A DNA stretch of 64,000 nucleotides from Chrysomallon squamiferum. Taxonomy: Eukaryota > Animalia > Mollusca. The notes beneath the pieces are model-generated. The model was not told the origin of the DNA. It ran no database searches and saw only the letters and a list, made by a program, of their open reading frames with translations. The DNA lies in the NCBI GenBank assembly GCA_012295275.1, contig CM022666.1:8184001-8248000 (forward strand), in the 5' to 3' direction. Position numbers and translations under genes: made by a program. Shown here piece after piece: positions 32,046 through 44,901 of the stretch. Numbering within the stretch: the first letter of the stretch is position 1; each line of letters starts with the position of its first letter.

Positions 32046-32118
32046 GGGGATGTAGCTCAGATGGTAGAGCGCTCGCTTAGCATGTGAAAGGTACGGGGAT
32101 CGATGCCCTGCATCTCCA
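32046..32118 (+). tRNA. tRNA-Ala(AGC) variant (G43A, C27:A43 mismatch)
   Basis: One anticodon-stem substitution. Confidence 0.8.
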
Positions 32119-32452
32119 ATTCTTATTATTATTAAAAAAAAAAATTCTAATTTATGTTTATCTTATTATTATTATTATACCTTTTTTCTTTTCTCTTTTT
32201 AAATATATAGAATGAATATATTCTATGTTATAAAACACTTTTCTTTTTCTGATTAAATTGTAACCTTTCTAGTTACTAAAGCGATAAGAAAAGAAATAAA
32301 AACTGCGTGAAAAGAAAATTAAAAAAAAAAAAAGAATGAAAAAAAGACTGTGAGATAAAGAGAGGGGCAGACATGAGTATAAAGATATGTAGATATATGC
32401 GAATTGGTATCATCACGAAATGATCGGCTAAACTGTTATCGAACAGTAACGA

Positions 32453-32484
32453 GGGGATGTAGCTCAGATTGCAGAGCGCTCGCT
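32453..32484 (+). pseudogene. 5' part (nt 1-32) of retrotransposon-disrupted tRNA-Ala
   Basis: GGGGATGTAGCTCAGATTGCAGAGCGCTCGCT; ends in the left TSD copy CAGAGCGCTCGCT (32472-32484). Confidence 0.9.
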
Positions 32485-33516
32485 ATATTCTGGAGACCAG
32501 TTTGGAAATGGATACACTATAGTGATAAATTTACTGAATTTATAGACTTAGATTTTAGAACAGTTCATCATATAATATATACATATAGTAAATTATATAG
32601 ATATTGCAAAATCTCATCTAGTATATGTCCAGTGTGTTTGAAGGATGATGAAGATTTGTGCCATTTATTTTTGTATTGTGAAGAATTGATGGAATTAATA
32701 TAATCTTTCATGAAATATGTATTTATATATTTAAGAAAACAGGGTTTTCTCTAGAACAGTTAAAAAGATTATTAATATTTGGATGTTATCTCAAAATTAA
32801 AAAATAGTACAATAGAATTTATTAATATTATTCTTTCAATTTATAGAATATCAGTGTTCAAAAGGCGTGTAATAGCTCAAATGAAAGGAACAAATATCAA
32901 TATAATACATTTTTTTAGAAATTATATGTATCAGTGCTTTAAAATCATTCTAAATTAATATCGTATTCAAAACAAACTTTCAATTTTTATTAACAAATAT
33001 GTTAAGAACAATATTTTCCTAGAACTAAAAGATGACATACTTATTTTCAAATATCATTTGGAAAGCTACAAACAATCAATATAGATAAACCATGGAAATG
33101 GACAAAAGAATTAATACTATAAAATACTGTAAATATATATGAATATTCCGAATAAATAAGTATGCATGCATGCGAGTGTGACTGAGTGTGTGAGAGGAAA
33201 CAGTTTTTATTATTGTTATTTACAGTTTTAATGTTATTTTAATTGTGTACAACTGGTGATTATACTAATAAAGATTAAAAAAAAAGATTCTCGCTTTGGG
33301 TGCGAGAGGTCTCGGGTTCGAATCCCGGACGAGCCCGTTATTTTTTCCTTTTCGCCTTTCCCATAAATAATAACCTATACCCTTTTATTTGTCGATGATT
33401 ATCAGTTAGTATATTTGTATGTTTTATAAGAAAGCTATTGTTGTTGTTGTTTTAACTATCATCGAAACAAACTCGAACAGTCTGACATAAGATATAAAAA
33501 AAAAAAAAAAAAAAAA
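32485..33516 (+). mobile_element. 5'-truncated L1/Tx1-type non-LTR retrotransposon with 3'-transduced flank
   Basis: Decayed ORF2 C-terminus with zf-RVT-like W..I..DLDFRTVHHIIYT..CPVCLKDDEDLCHLFLYC, stop ~33084; AATAAA 33267; A9 33277-33285; transduced 33286-33495; A21 33496-33516; 13-bp TSD. Confidence 0.88.
33286..33336 (+). pseudogene. 3' fragment (51 nt) of tRNA-Pro(TGG)
   Basis: GATTCTCGCTTTGGGTGCGAGAGGTCTCGGGTTCGAATCCCGGACGAGCCC matches metazoan tRNA-Pro lacking its first 21 nt; T-run follows. Confidence 0.92.
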
Positions 33517-33570
33517 CAGAGCGCTCGCTTAGCATGTGAAAGGTACGGGGATCGATGCCCTGCTTCTCCA
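33517..33570 (+). pseudogene. 3' part (nt 20-73) of retrotransposon-disrupted tRNA-Ala(AGC)
   Basis: Starts with the right TSD copy CAGAGCGCTCGCT; shares G43A with the 32046 copy. Confidence 0.9.
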
Positions 33571-34392
33571 ATTTTTATTATTTATTTATTTTTTCAAATT
33601 TTTTATTACTTATAATTATTTTTACTACTACAACTACTAATAATATTTTTTATTTTTTTTTCTTTTTATTTTTTGGTGGGAATTAAAAGATTATGTATTT
33701 CCTTTAGTAATCTATAGGTAATCAATATCCCACAGCCATAAAAACGTGTAAATGTTTTACTATAAAATACAATGAATATATGTCTGTTCTAAGTTGATAA
33801 GTGTGTGTATTATGTTCTTATATGTTGTTTTATTTTTATTTATTTATATAGTCTGTTGAGTTTATTAATAACATATATATATGTGTATGTATACTGGAGA
33901 TGCCGACATCGATCATCATAACTCACACATACTAAGCGATCGTCCTTTTCCAAAAAACATTTTATTAATAAACTCATCAGACGTACACAAATAAATAAAA
34001 ATAAAACAACATATAACAACAATAAAAATACTAACACACACATAATAAATAAATAAATAAATAAATAAATAAATCTATTCCTACAGAAAGAAAAATGAGA
34101 AAAAGAAAAAGATGAAGAAACAGTTATGAGTAGATCGATCTACTCCTACTAGAACGAATGCGCACAGTGCACTGCTGTAAGTATACATCTACAGAAAACA
34201 CAGGATCATCAAACTATTCACTGCAGATTATTTTTCCCAAATTACACTTGTAACCAATGTGAAAACATACACTTAAACAAACACTTCATTAACATTTTAG
34301 TTACTTGATGGTATTAATTTTTTTCTCTGTGTTTGTTTTACTTTTTTTTTTTTTTTTTACTTTCTCGTATACGCTGAAGGCACTCGTAGAAG

Positions 34393-34453
<61 letters not shown>

Positions 34454-35383
34454 AATCCAACTGTTTGTAATAAGGTGTTGCAAATTCACCGTGAAACGAC
34501 CCAGGATACTTACCGTTACTTATCTAAGCGCGGGAAACCTATCAATTGAATCATCTCTTCCATCAACAAACGTTCACTTAAAGGTGAAAAAAAAGTAACA
34601 AGAGAAAAAGAGTTAATTTCTAATAGTCTTAACACGTGCTCTCTGTCAGGTAAACAACAATTGTTTTCAAAACACGCGGACCTGTTTGAGAACCCGCGAG
34701 ACTGATAGATGGGCGCGAGGTGTTTTTTGTTCTAAAAAAAAAAAAGAGAAAGATAAAAAAAAAAAAAAAAAAACGTATAAAAAAAGAAAGGAAAGGAAAG
34801 AAAAAAGAAGAAAGAAGAAAGGAGGTAAGACATATAAGGAAGAAAGGAGGGAAGGAAGAAAGAAAAGAAAACAAAAAGAGACAGGATGGATGATTGAAAG
34901 GAAAGAAAGAGAAATGAAAAAGAAAAGTAGAGAAAGAGACAAGTTTAAATGATATTTGGAGAAGAACCTGAAAATGATTTATTTTGGCAAGTTTTATTTT
35001 GTTCTAATTTTAAAATATTCATTATCTTAAACAATTTTTAAATGTGTCTCGTTTATTTTAATATGTTCACCATTATGTTTAGATTTATTTTAATGTGTTT
35101 ATGCACATGTCTTTTTATGTTTTAATTTATTAGTTTTCACTGTAAACAATCCTTGGACTTACTTTGTATGGTAAAGGTACTATATAAATATGGTATAATA
35201 TATTCTATATAAAATAAAACAAAATTCAAAAACAAAATTCATCAATCAGATTACATGCTATACTGTTGGCAGCAGCAACAACAACAACAACACTAAGACT
35301 AACTAATATTAAGAACAACAACAACAACATAATAATATATAACGTAAATAACAATAATAAATAAAATGAAATAAAATAACAGT

Positions 35384-35456
35384 TGGAGATGCAGGGCATC
35401 GATCCCCGTACCTCTCACATGCTAAGCGAGCGCTCTACCATCTGAGCTACATCCCC
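35384..35456 (-). tRNA. tRNA-Ala(AGC)
   Basis: Reverse complement identical to consensus. Confidence 0.95.
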
Positions 35457-35665
35457 GTACTTTAACCTTCGTTATCTAAGCTTATATTGCATGCCCTAGA
35501 ATAGCTAAACTAAAACTGATAAAAATTGTATTGAAATATGATAGTCTGTATATCTGTAAGTAGGTTGTTTGCACCGAAAGGTTCGAATATACTGAGTACA
35601 AATGGAACCTCTATTATTTATATCACAAATCAACAAAAGGAAATTGAAAACATAATAATAAAAAA

Positions 35666-35704
<39 letters not shown>

Positions 35705-36035
35705 AGATACAATAATGCATTTGATATAAGAAAGAAAAATAAATAGCGATATAAATTTGATTTTCTTTTAAACCAAACATTATTTTATAACTCTTTTCTT
35801 TCTTTTACTTTTCCTTGTTCATATTCATTCTTTTTTTTCTTTATTTTTAATCTTTTGAAATCTTTCTGTTTCTTTTATTATTATTAAATTATTATTATTG
35901 TTATTGTTATTATTATTATTGTTTTAAATAGGGTTTTTTCAGGGTTTTTTTTCTATTTTAACAACAACAATAATAATAACGATGCTGATCATAATAAATA
36001 AATAAAAATATATATATTTAAAAAAACATTGTTAT

Positions 36036-36108
36036 TGGAGATGCAGGGCATCGATCCCCGTTCCTCTCACATGCTAAGCGAGCGCTCTACCATCTGAGCT
36101 ACATCCCC
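36036..36108 (-). tRNA. tRNA-Ala(AGC) (T47A)
   Basis: One variable-loop substitution. Confidence 0.9.
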
Positions 36109-37075
36109 ATACTTGAACATTTATATCTAAGCTAACAGTGCCAGGCACTGATCTGTATGAAACTAATGAAGTGGTTTTAATCCACTTTACTTCAACATTT
36201 AAATCAAATCTGAAATGCTGTCGTTAAAGTTATTTTAAAAATAATAATAATAAAAATAAAAAACCCCTCATGGAACAAGCTCATTGAAGACGACAACACT
36301 GGTTAACCAGATCTCACTGCTGCTTGGACCCAAAACGATTTAAGATTCAGGGACTCAAATATTTTACATCCGCGATTCAGCGTTACATGCAGCGTCAAAC
36401 AGGTAAAATATTATTTTATCTTTCACCGTGCGGTGTGTATTATAATTATTATTATCAAGTTTATGTAATATACACAAAATAAAAAAGGAACAAGAGAATC
36501 TGAAAAAAAAAAAAGATGCCACTATACACAACGTATTGTATATCAAATTAATAGTTAAGAAATAGCTTGGTGTATATGGGGATGTGATAAATCTTTATCA
36601 CACGTTCCTTTCAAAACTACCGATAGTTCTCAAAGTCTTTCATGATGCTGCAGTTCTAAATGGTTCAGTTAAAGGAACATTTTCCTGTTTAATGATAAGC
36701 TGAAGGCATTCTCATCTAAAGATGCACTTTCAGTTTTCAGATAAAATTTAAAAAAAAATTCGTTAACAGATTCCAGTCACATTATGATGTCTAGCCTGGG
36801 ATAAAGAAACGTATGATGTATATTGTTACTACTACTACTACTGCTGTTGCTACTACTACTACTGCTACTACTGCTGCTGCTACTATTATTATTATTAATA
36901 TTATTATTATTAAACATATCAAATCTATTCTTGTCAAATACTGAAATTTTTTTTTTTGATGTTTTAAAAGAAAATAAATAAAAATCGTTTAATTAGGAAA
37001 CAACAGGGACACTATGTAAATAAATAGTAAGATCCGTATTTCAGAATTAATATAACAATAATCAAAAAGCTTTGT

Positions 37076-37148
37076 TGGAGATGCAGGGCATCGATCCCCG
37101 TACTTCTCACATGCTAAGCGAGCGCTCTACCATCTGAGCTACATCCCC
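37076..37148 (-). tRNA. tRNA-Ala(AGC) (G45A)
   Basis: Full cloverleaf. Confidence 0.92.
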
Positions 37149-37492
37149 GTGACTACTCTATGTCTTTTGATGCCTCTGTTCCGTGAAAATATAAACTTCT
37201 CTCTTCTATTCTATTACTCTGTGTCATTAATTAAAATGTATTTAATTACTTATGTTCCTTTCTCCTAATGGTTCTCATTTTCGCACTGTTTCTTTCTTCC
37301 TTTGTTACTGAATTCTAAGGTTAAAAAATATACTTTAAAAATAAGAAAATATTTCTTTGAATAGCTTTTATTTTTATAAATTTAATATATATAATTTTAA
37401 ATATATTTTTAAGGATAACTAACACTAAGGAAATCTCAATATATAAATAATTAGATAAATATACAGATAAAATAGTTAAAATAAACAAAAAT

Positions 37493-37565
37493 TGGAGATG
37501 CAGGGCATCGATCCCCGTACCTCTCACATGCTAAGCGAGCGCTCTACCATCTGAGCTACATCCCC
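37493..37565 (-). tRNA. tRNA-Ala(AGC)
   Basis: Identical to consensus. Confidence 0.95.
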
Positions 37566-38049
37566 ATTGTTTTAATACTGTATTGTTTGCCACAATACAG
37601 ATAGGCTTGTGGCTTGTCATACAGTTATATACTTTGTGACTCATTTCAAAACGTACATTACAACAGTAATGAAGATTAGTCAGAGAGGAGTAGTGTTAGT
37701 ATGTTAGAGAATTAGTTATGGAGAAGAAACTATGTACTGTTAGTATGTTAGAATATTCATTAGAAAAAACATGAATTAATATGTTAGAGTATGGATTAGA
37801 AAAACCAGAGTAGTGTTTGTGTGCTACAAGGTAACTGAGAGAGAAGGGATGCCGTCTGTTAGTATGTTAGAAGATTAGTTATATCTGGGTTGAAACCGTT
37901 TTAACTTAAGGCAAATAGACTAATTTTCTTGACTGATGTACAATCAAACATACGTTTTTGGAAATTGCTGAATCATACAGATATATATTTTTTTAAATGT
38001 ATTTTATTGCACCCACAAACATACAGACACAAACACACAAACAGACGCA

Positions 38050-38103
38050 CATACATACATACATACATACATACATACATGCATACACACATACATACAT
38101 ACG

Positions 38104-38134
<31 letters not shown>

Positions 38135-38470
38135 GTACCTACGTACGTGCATACATACATACATTCATATGTACGTACGTACGTATATACATACATACAT
38201 ACATTCATACATTAATACGTACATACATACACATATATACATGCATACATTAATACATACATACATTCATTCATTCATACATACATACATACATACATAC
38301 ATACATACATACATACATTCATTCATTCATACATACATACATACATACATACATACATACATACATACATACATACATACATACATACATACATACATAC
38401 ATACATTCATACATTCATACATTCATACATACATACATTCATTCATACATACATACATACATACATATAT
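38050..38470. repeat. (TACA)n/(TTCA)n compound microsatellite
   Basis: Directly visible. Confidence 0.92.
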
Positions 38471-39299
38471 ACAATCATTAAAGAGCAGGTTCTTCAAAAG
38501 AATTAAAGTTTGGGTGATGAGCGGTCGACCAAATTGATCCCGCCCCGGGAACCGTGTCTGTTTCAGTAAAGTGTGATTAGAAAACACTCGGAATTCGCAT
38601 TGCAGAGATCAGGTATCTCGATGAAGTAGCGAGCAATAAGTTTTCCAAATATTAGTTTTACATCTGTGTTACAACCTGATCACGATATCTCCCGAGTAGT
38701 CAGATGAACAAAATACATTCTGTCAGCTGAAGAAGAAGAAGAAGAAGAAGAAGAAGATGGAAAAGGAAAAAAAAAAAACACAGATATAAAATAGAAACAA
38801 AAAGGATAAAGGACAAGATGAAGAAAGAGAGAAAGAAAAAGAAGACAATTAAGAAAAAGGAGTAAACGAAAAGAGAAGAAACAGAAGAAAAAAAAATGAA
38901 ATAAAAAGAGGGAAAGAGAATAAACAATTAAAAAGAAGAAAGAAAGAAGAAGTGAAAACAGAACAAGGAAGAACAATTAAGAAAGAAGATGAAAAAGAGG
39001 AAAAGAGGAAATGAGGATGATAACAGAAAGATGAAGGAAAACATAATATATAAAAGATAAGAAAACAAGAAAGAAGGAAGAAGAAAGGAGAACCTACATT
39101 TTCTTTACCTTGTTACAGGGATGGTTTGAAAGGTTATCAACTCCCTAGTGACATTACGTGACTTAGCTTCAGACTGAACCAAACAAAGAATCACATGTGA
39201 TTTTTATAGACTATTATTTGCAATTTGACGATAAATAATTTTATATATAAGGTGTGTCGTGCATGTGTGTGTGTTCGTTTATATATATATAGATATGAC

Positions 39300-39414
<115 letters not shown>

Positions 39415-39466
39415 AGTGTATATAGTCTGAGGGTATGTATTTATGTTGAGGACTGAGCATAAACGT

Positions 39467-39545
<79 letters not shown>

Positions 39546-40150
39546 CACTAAATATTTATTAAACAAGCCCACATGGATGATACAATTCACTGTAATGAAT
39601 TTACAAGATTATTTTTAAAACTGGTTTCCACGTTAAAGAGAGCAAAACAAATTTACATATTTAACACAAAACATATGTATTTAACACAACACATACATAT
39701 TTAACACAGAACATGTGTATTTCACAAATAATCGGCTAATTTAAAAGTCACCGGGTGCGTTTAATAGTGTTGCGAAAGAAGATGATAAAAAAAAATAAAA
39801 AAAAAAAAATATAAAATAAAAAAACAAAGAAAAGAAGAAAGTAATTTGGTCTAATTAAAATAATATAAAAATACAAACAGGTTAGTAACATTAGAATACA
39901 TTATAAAGTATGAAATGTTTGTATATTGTATATATTTATGTGTGAACGTACTTATATATATATATATGCATAAAAATGTAAATGTATGTGCATGCTTGCA
40001 TTTATACATGTGTGCGCGCGTTTATATCTGATATACACTGTCTGGTTTTGTATATGCAATTATACATGTACGTATATCTGTATGTCTTCTGCACGCGTAC
40101 AATTAGAATGTATATGTGTGTGTCTGTTTTGATAATGTATGTATGTGTGT

Positions 40151-40244
<94 letters not shown>

Positions 40245-40641
40245 TATGTATTGTATGGTAACAATGTTTATATGACTCAGTAATTGCTGAATCATTTCCA
40301 GAATTGTTTTATTTCGTTCCTGTAACATTTAATTGCAGTCTAATTGCCTTCAGTTAAAATTTTTTAATTTAATTTTACAGACAAAACAGTAAAATACCCT
40401 TTAAAATAATTAAATTTTTTATTTAATTTTATTTTAAATTGGCATGTTGTTTTTAATGGTTTATATTTGTTGTTACGGTAATAAATTTTATATTCTTGTT
40501 GGCTTTATTGGTTGTTGTTTTTTTCTTTTTCTTTTTTCGTTTTGTTTTTTGTTTTTTTCCTTTTGTTTTTTTAAAGATATAATTTAACATTTCACTAGTA
40601 CTATAACACTAGCCGTAGTCATGTTTCTTATTAATAAATAT

Positions 40642-40740
<99 letters not shown>

Positions 40741-41109
40741 CACACATGCATACATACATACATACACACCTCAAAGCAGATTGGTGCATTTTTAACTATG
40801 GAAAGAAACGATCTTGTTAAGAAGTATACAGCTATTGACGGGAACTGCCAAAGATAATATTGTTGTTAGCGAACCTTTTAAAAGAATAAACACAAGTTAA
40901 AGACAAGTTAAAGGGTTAAAGGATGTTAGTAAAATATACTGGAAAACAATAATATTTACAGGAAGAAAATAACTTTACATGATAAAAATATATGAAAGCA
41001 GGTAAATAAACATGGCGGTTCTGATGGATGTTGCAGTAAAGGTTAAACGTTCGTTATTCAAAATGCTTAGGGATAAAAGTGTTTTTGATTTTTGATTTTT
41101 TTAGATTTA

Positions 41110-41875
41110 AGTAGTAGTAGTAATAGTAGTAATAGCAGAAGTAGTAGTAGTAACAGCAGTAGTAGTAGTAGTAATAGTAGTAGTAGTAGTAGCAGGAGTA
41201 GTAATAGTAGTAGCAGAAGTAGTAGTAGTAACAGTAATAGTAGTAGCAGAAGTAGTAGTAGTAACAGTAATAGTAGTAGCAGAAGTAGTAGTAGTAACAG
41301 TAGTAGTAGTAGGAGAAAAAGTGATTGTAGTAGTAGAAGGATGAGTAGTGGCTGAAGTAGTAGTAATAGTAGTAGTAGTAGCAGAAGTAGTAGTAGTAGT
41401 AGCAGAAGTTGTAGTAGTAATAGTAGTAGTAGTAGTAGTAGCAGGAATAGTAATAGTAGTAGTAGCAGAAGTAGTAGTAGTAACAGTAGTAGTAGTAGAA
41501 GTAGTAGTAGTAACAGTAGTAGTAGGAGAAAAAGTGATTGTAGTAGTAGAAGGATGAGTAGTGGCTGAAGTAGTAGTAATAGTAGCAGTAGCAGTTGTAG
41601 CAGAGGTAGCAGTAGCAGTTGTAGCAGCAGTAGCAGTTGTAGCAGCAGTAGCAATTGTAGCAGCAGCAGTAGCAGTAGTAGTGGATGTAGTAGTAACAAA
41701 AGGTGTTTGTTGTAATAGTAGTAGCTGTAGAGCAGTAGGAGTAATAGTAATAACTGTAGCAGCAGTAGAAACAATAGTAGTGGCTGTAGTAGTAGTAGTA
41801 GTAGTAGTAGTTGTAGTTGTAGTTGTAGTTGTAGTTGTAGTTGTAGTTGTTTGTAGTTGTTGTTGTTGTTGTAGT
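41110..41875. repeat. (AGT/AGC)n compound trinucleotide repeat with an internal duplication
   Basis: Block AGGAGAAAAAGTGATTGTAGTAGTAGAAGGATGAGTAGTGGCTG occurs at ~41310 and ~41524. Confidence 0.88.
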
Positions 41876-43045
41876 GTAATAATCAAGAATGGTAATAACC
41901 GATTAAAATATTTGATGATAATCCTAACAAAATATTTTCCATTGGTAAATTTCCCGTTCCAACCAGTTCTCTGGGAAGCTGTATAACAAAATCCATTGCT
42001 GTCTCATTTTTCCCTGTGTTCTTAATCAAATGACGTCATAATCAGCAGTCTCATGGCATATCGGCAACCACTGCAGAAAATCTAGGATTTACATTCGTGA
42101 TATTTTTGCGTTCATACTTGAACGGACATCTTGGAACGGTTTTTTAAATGATGGAAGTCACGGAAATTGAAAATCAACAAAAAATTCCAGATTGCCTAGA
42201 CTGGCGAGAAAAGTTATTCATTTCAGTGAAATATTTCTAAGAATGCCAACATATGTCGATTACTGATTAGAAAAGACACGACAGTCTTCAATCGATTAAG
42301 TTAATAGGAAATAATCAATATATTATTATTATTATTATTATTACTGTTTTATGAGCATCAGTCCTGTCAATGTTTAACATCGAATTGAATCAAATGAGCA
42401 ATATCATCCTCCACAATTACAACAACAACAACAACAAACTCATACTACATGTACTAATACTTCTGCTACTACTACAATATTAGCGTCATTGCTTCTTCAG
42501 CTTTTATTACTAGTAGTGCTACTACTACTACAACTACGACAGATACTTATCATCCTCGTCTATTTTCAGCTATTGCTACTATTACTACTACTCTACTACT
42601 GTTACTATCACTACTACAGCTGCTATCACTGCTACTACTACTACTACTGCAGCTTCTATTACTGCTACTACTATTGTTACTACTGCTACTACTACTATTA
42701 CTACTAACGCTTCTACTACTGCTACTACTAACGATTCTGCTACTACTACTATTACTACTACTGCTACTGCTACTGCTACTACTATTTTTACTACTGCTAC
42801 GACTACTGCTGTTGCTACTACTACTACCGCTATTACAACTTTTGTATTGCTACTACTAACAATAATAGCAATAATAATTAAGATAATGATGCTAAATAAA
42901 AAAAAACAATTAAATAAAAAAAACAAAAAAAAACAACAATAAATAAACAGTGACTATCATAACAACCACGACACAGCTACAGCACCGTTAGCATCAAGTA
43001 ATACGAGAAAAAATAATAATAATAATAATAATAAAAAGTACTAGT

Positions 43046-43083
<38 letters not shown>

Positions 43084-43974
43084 ATAAGTAGTAGTGTAGT
43101 ACAACAGCAGCAATAGTAGTAGTAGTCGTTGCTTCAAACAATATTATTGGATGTAATGGTAAGTTGTTAAGTTGATAATGTTGTTACGTGTAACTTATTT
43201 TATTGTCTCAGTTCTTCTATTGTTTCTCTCTCTCTCTCGTTCTTCTCTCATACATAACTTAACAACATGATTCATAAAAACAACTTAAGAAGAAGAAAAC
43301 GAAGAAGAAGAAGAAAGAACGATACTCCTACAAATAAATTCTCTGCCAAATGAAAGTCGTGTTTAGAAGATAGTATCTCCAAATGACCTCTGAATACCGC
43401 CACTTCCTGTGCAGCTTAAAGGTCGTCAAATATCAGCGTGCTAATTGGATACGACGTTTTGTCTAGAAATAAACGACTGAATCTTTATCACATGTTCTTA
43501 TCAAAACTAACGATTGTCCCAAATAAATGCAAAGTCGATTACACGCTGAGAACAGCCACAAAGTCTTTCATGATACTGCAGTTCTAAATGGTTCAATTAA
43601 AGGAACATTTTCATGTTTAATGATAAGCCATCGGAGTTCTTCTTTAAAGATGCACTTTCAGTTTTCACATAAATAAAAATTTAAAATTTGTTTTAGCAGA
43701 TTGCTATCATATGTGTAGCCTGAGCTAAAGAAACGTATCATGTATATTACTACTATTTCTGTTGTTGTTGTTATTGTTATTATTATATTAAACATAATAT
43801 TATAAGAATCTTTTCTTTTCACATAGAGAGAAAGATTCATAATTCAACCATTCATGCTTTACGGAAAAAATGAATAAACCCCGTTTAATTAGTAAACAGT
43901 AATGACTCCATGTAAATAAACATTAAGATCCGTATTTCAGAATTCATATAATAAATAATAAAAAAAATCTTTGT

Positions 43975-44047
43975 TGGAGATGCAGGGCATCGATCCCCGT
44001 ACCTCTCACATGCTAAGCGAGCGCTCTACCATCTGATCTACATCCCC
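43975..44047 (-). tRNA. tRNA-Ala(AGC) variant (C11A, D-stem mismatch)
   Basis: One substitution in the D-stem/A-box. Confidence 0.75.
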
Positions 44048-44163
44048 ATACGCCTGTTGCTGTAATATTTCCAACAATTCTGAACCACCTTTCGATATTT
44101 CATAGTTTACATACTTTGTCATTCGTTTCAAATGTACGTTACAATGTTAATACCCTAACCATG

Positions 44164-44236
44164 GGGGATGTAGCTCAGATGGTAGAGCGCTCGCTTAGCA
44201 TGTGAGAGGTACGGGGATCGATGCCCTGCATCTCCA
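44164..44236 (+). tRNA. tRNA-Ala(AGC)
   Basis: Identical to consensus; TTTTT terminator, then (GT)n(CT)n. Confidence 0.95.
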
Positions 44237-44256
44237 ATTACCCTTTTTGTGTGTGT

Positions 44257-44358
<102 letters not shown>

Positions 44359-44865
44359 GTCTTCTCTCTTTTCTCTCTTTCAACGATCCTCTCAGGAATC
44401 ATTATATTAAACAAGCTGGTATGAATGTAGTATGTTGATACCATATGGTCATCTTAATTTAGTTTGACATGCGGAACACAAAACGATATAAAGAAAACGA
44501 GGAAATACATTAGTTCTCAGCAGAGCAAAACATTCTCAGACTGTTAAGAAATATGCCAGTGCAGTCCAATGGTTAGAGCGTTGGTGACGGGTCAACGCTT
44601 ACTGGGTTGATTCTCTTTCTTACAGGTTTCGTGCCAAAAAATTAAATAAACTAAAATATTGAAATGTATTCTGTTTCACAGACACGCATTCTGTAGAATA
44701 TAATAATTTATTTTCTGTATTCGTCCATTTAATGTCTAATTATTATTTCTCATGCTGTATCTCACCTTTTATATCTGACTGTACCAAAGTACCCTTTCTC
44801 TCTCTCTCTCTCACTCTCACTCTCATATCTCACTCTCTCTATAAACTTCAGATACAATTTGTTTT

Positions 44866-44901
<36 letters not shown>

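Noticed and set aside
32453-33336. Chimeric or intron-split Ala/Pro tRNA
   Set aside because: The true 3' part of the Ala gene is at 33517-33570 with a 13-bp TSD; the Pro fragment lies inside the insertion.
34506-34520. ATACTTACC resembling the U1 snRNA 5' end
   Set aside because: The following sequence does not match U1; better read as a minus-strand splice donor or chance.
37929-38537. 202-aa HTYI-repeat ORF, and all RERE/SLSL/poly-L/poly-I ORFs in the track
   Set aside because: Translations of microsatellites.
41107-41886. 259-aa Thr-rich mucin-like ORF
   Set aside because: An ACT/GCT/ATT trinucleotide tract is stop-free by construction; no ATG or convincing splice sites, and other frames are equally open. 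RNA-seq would be needed to revive it.
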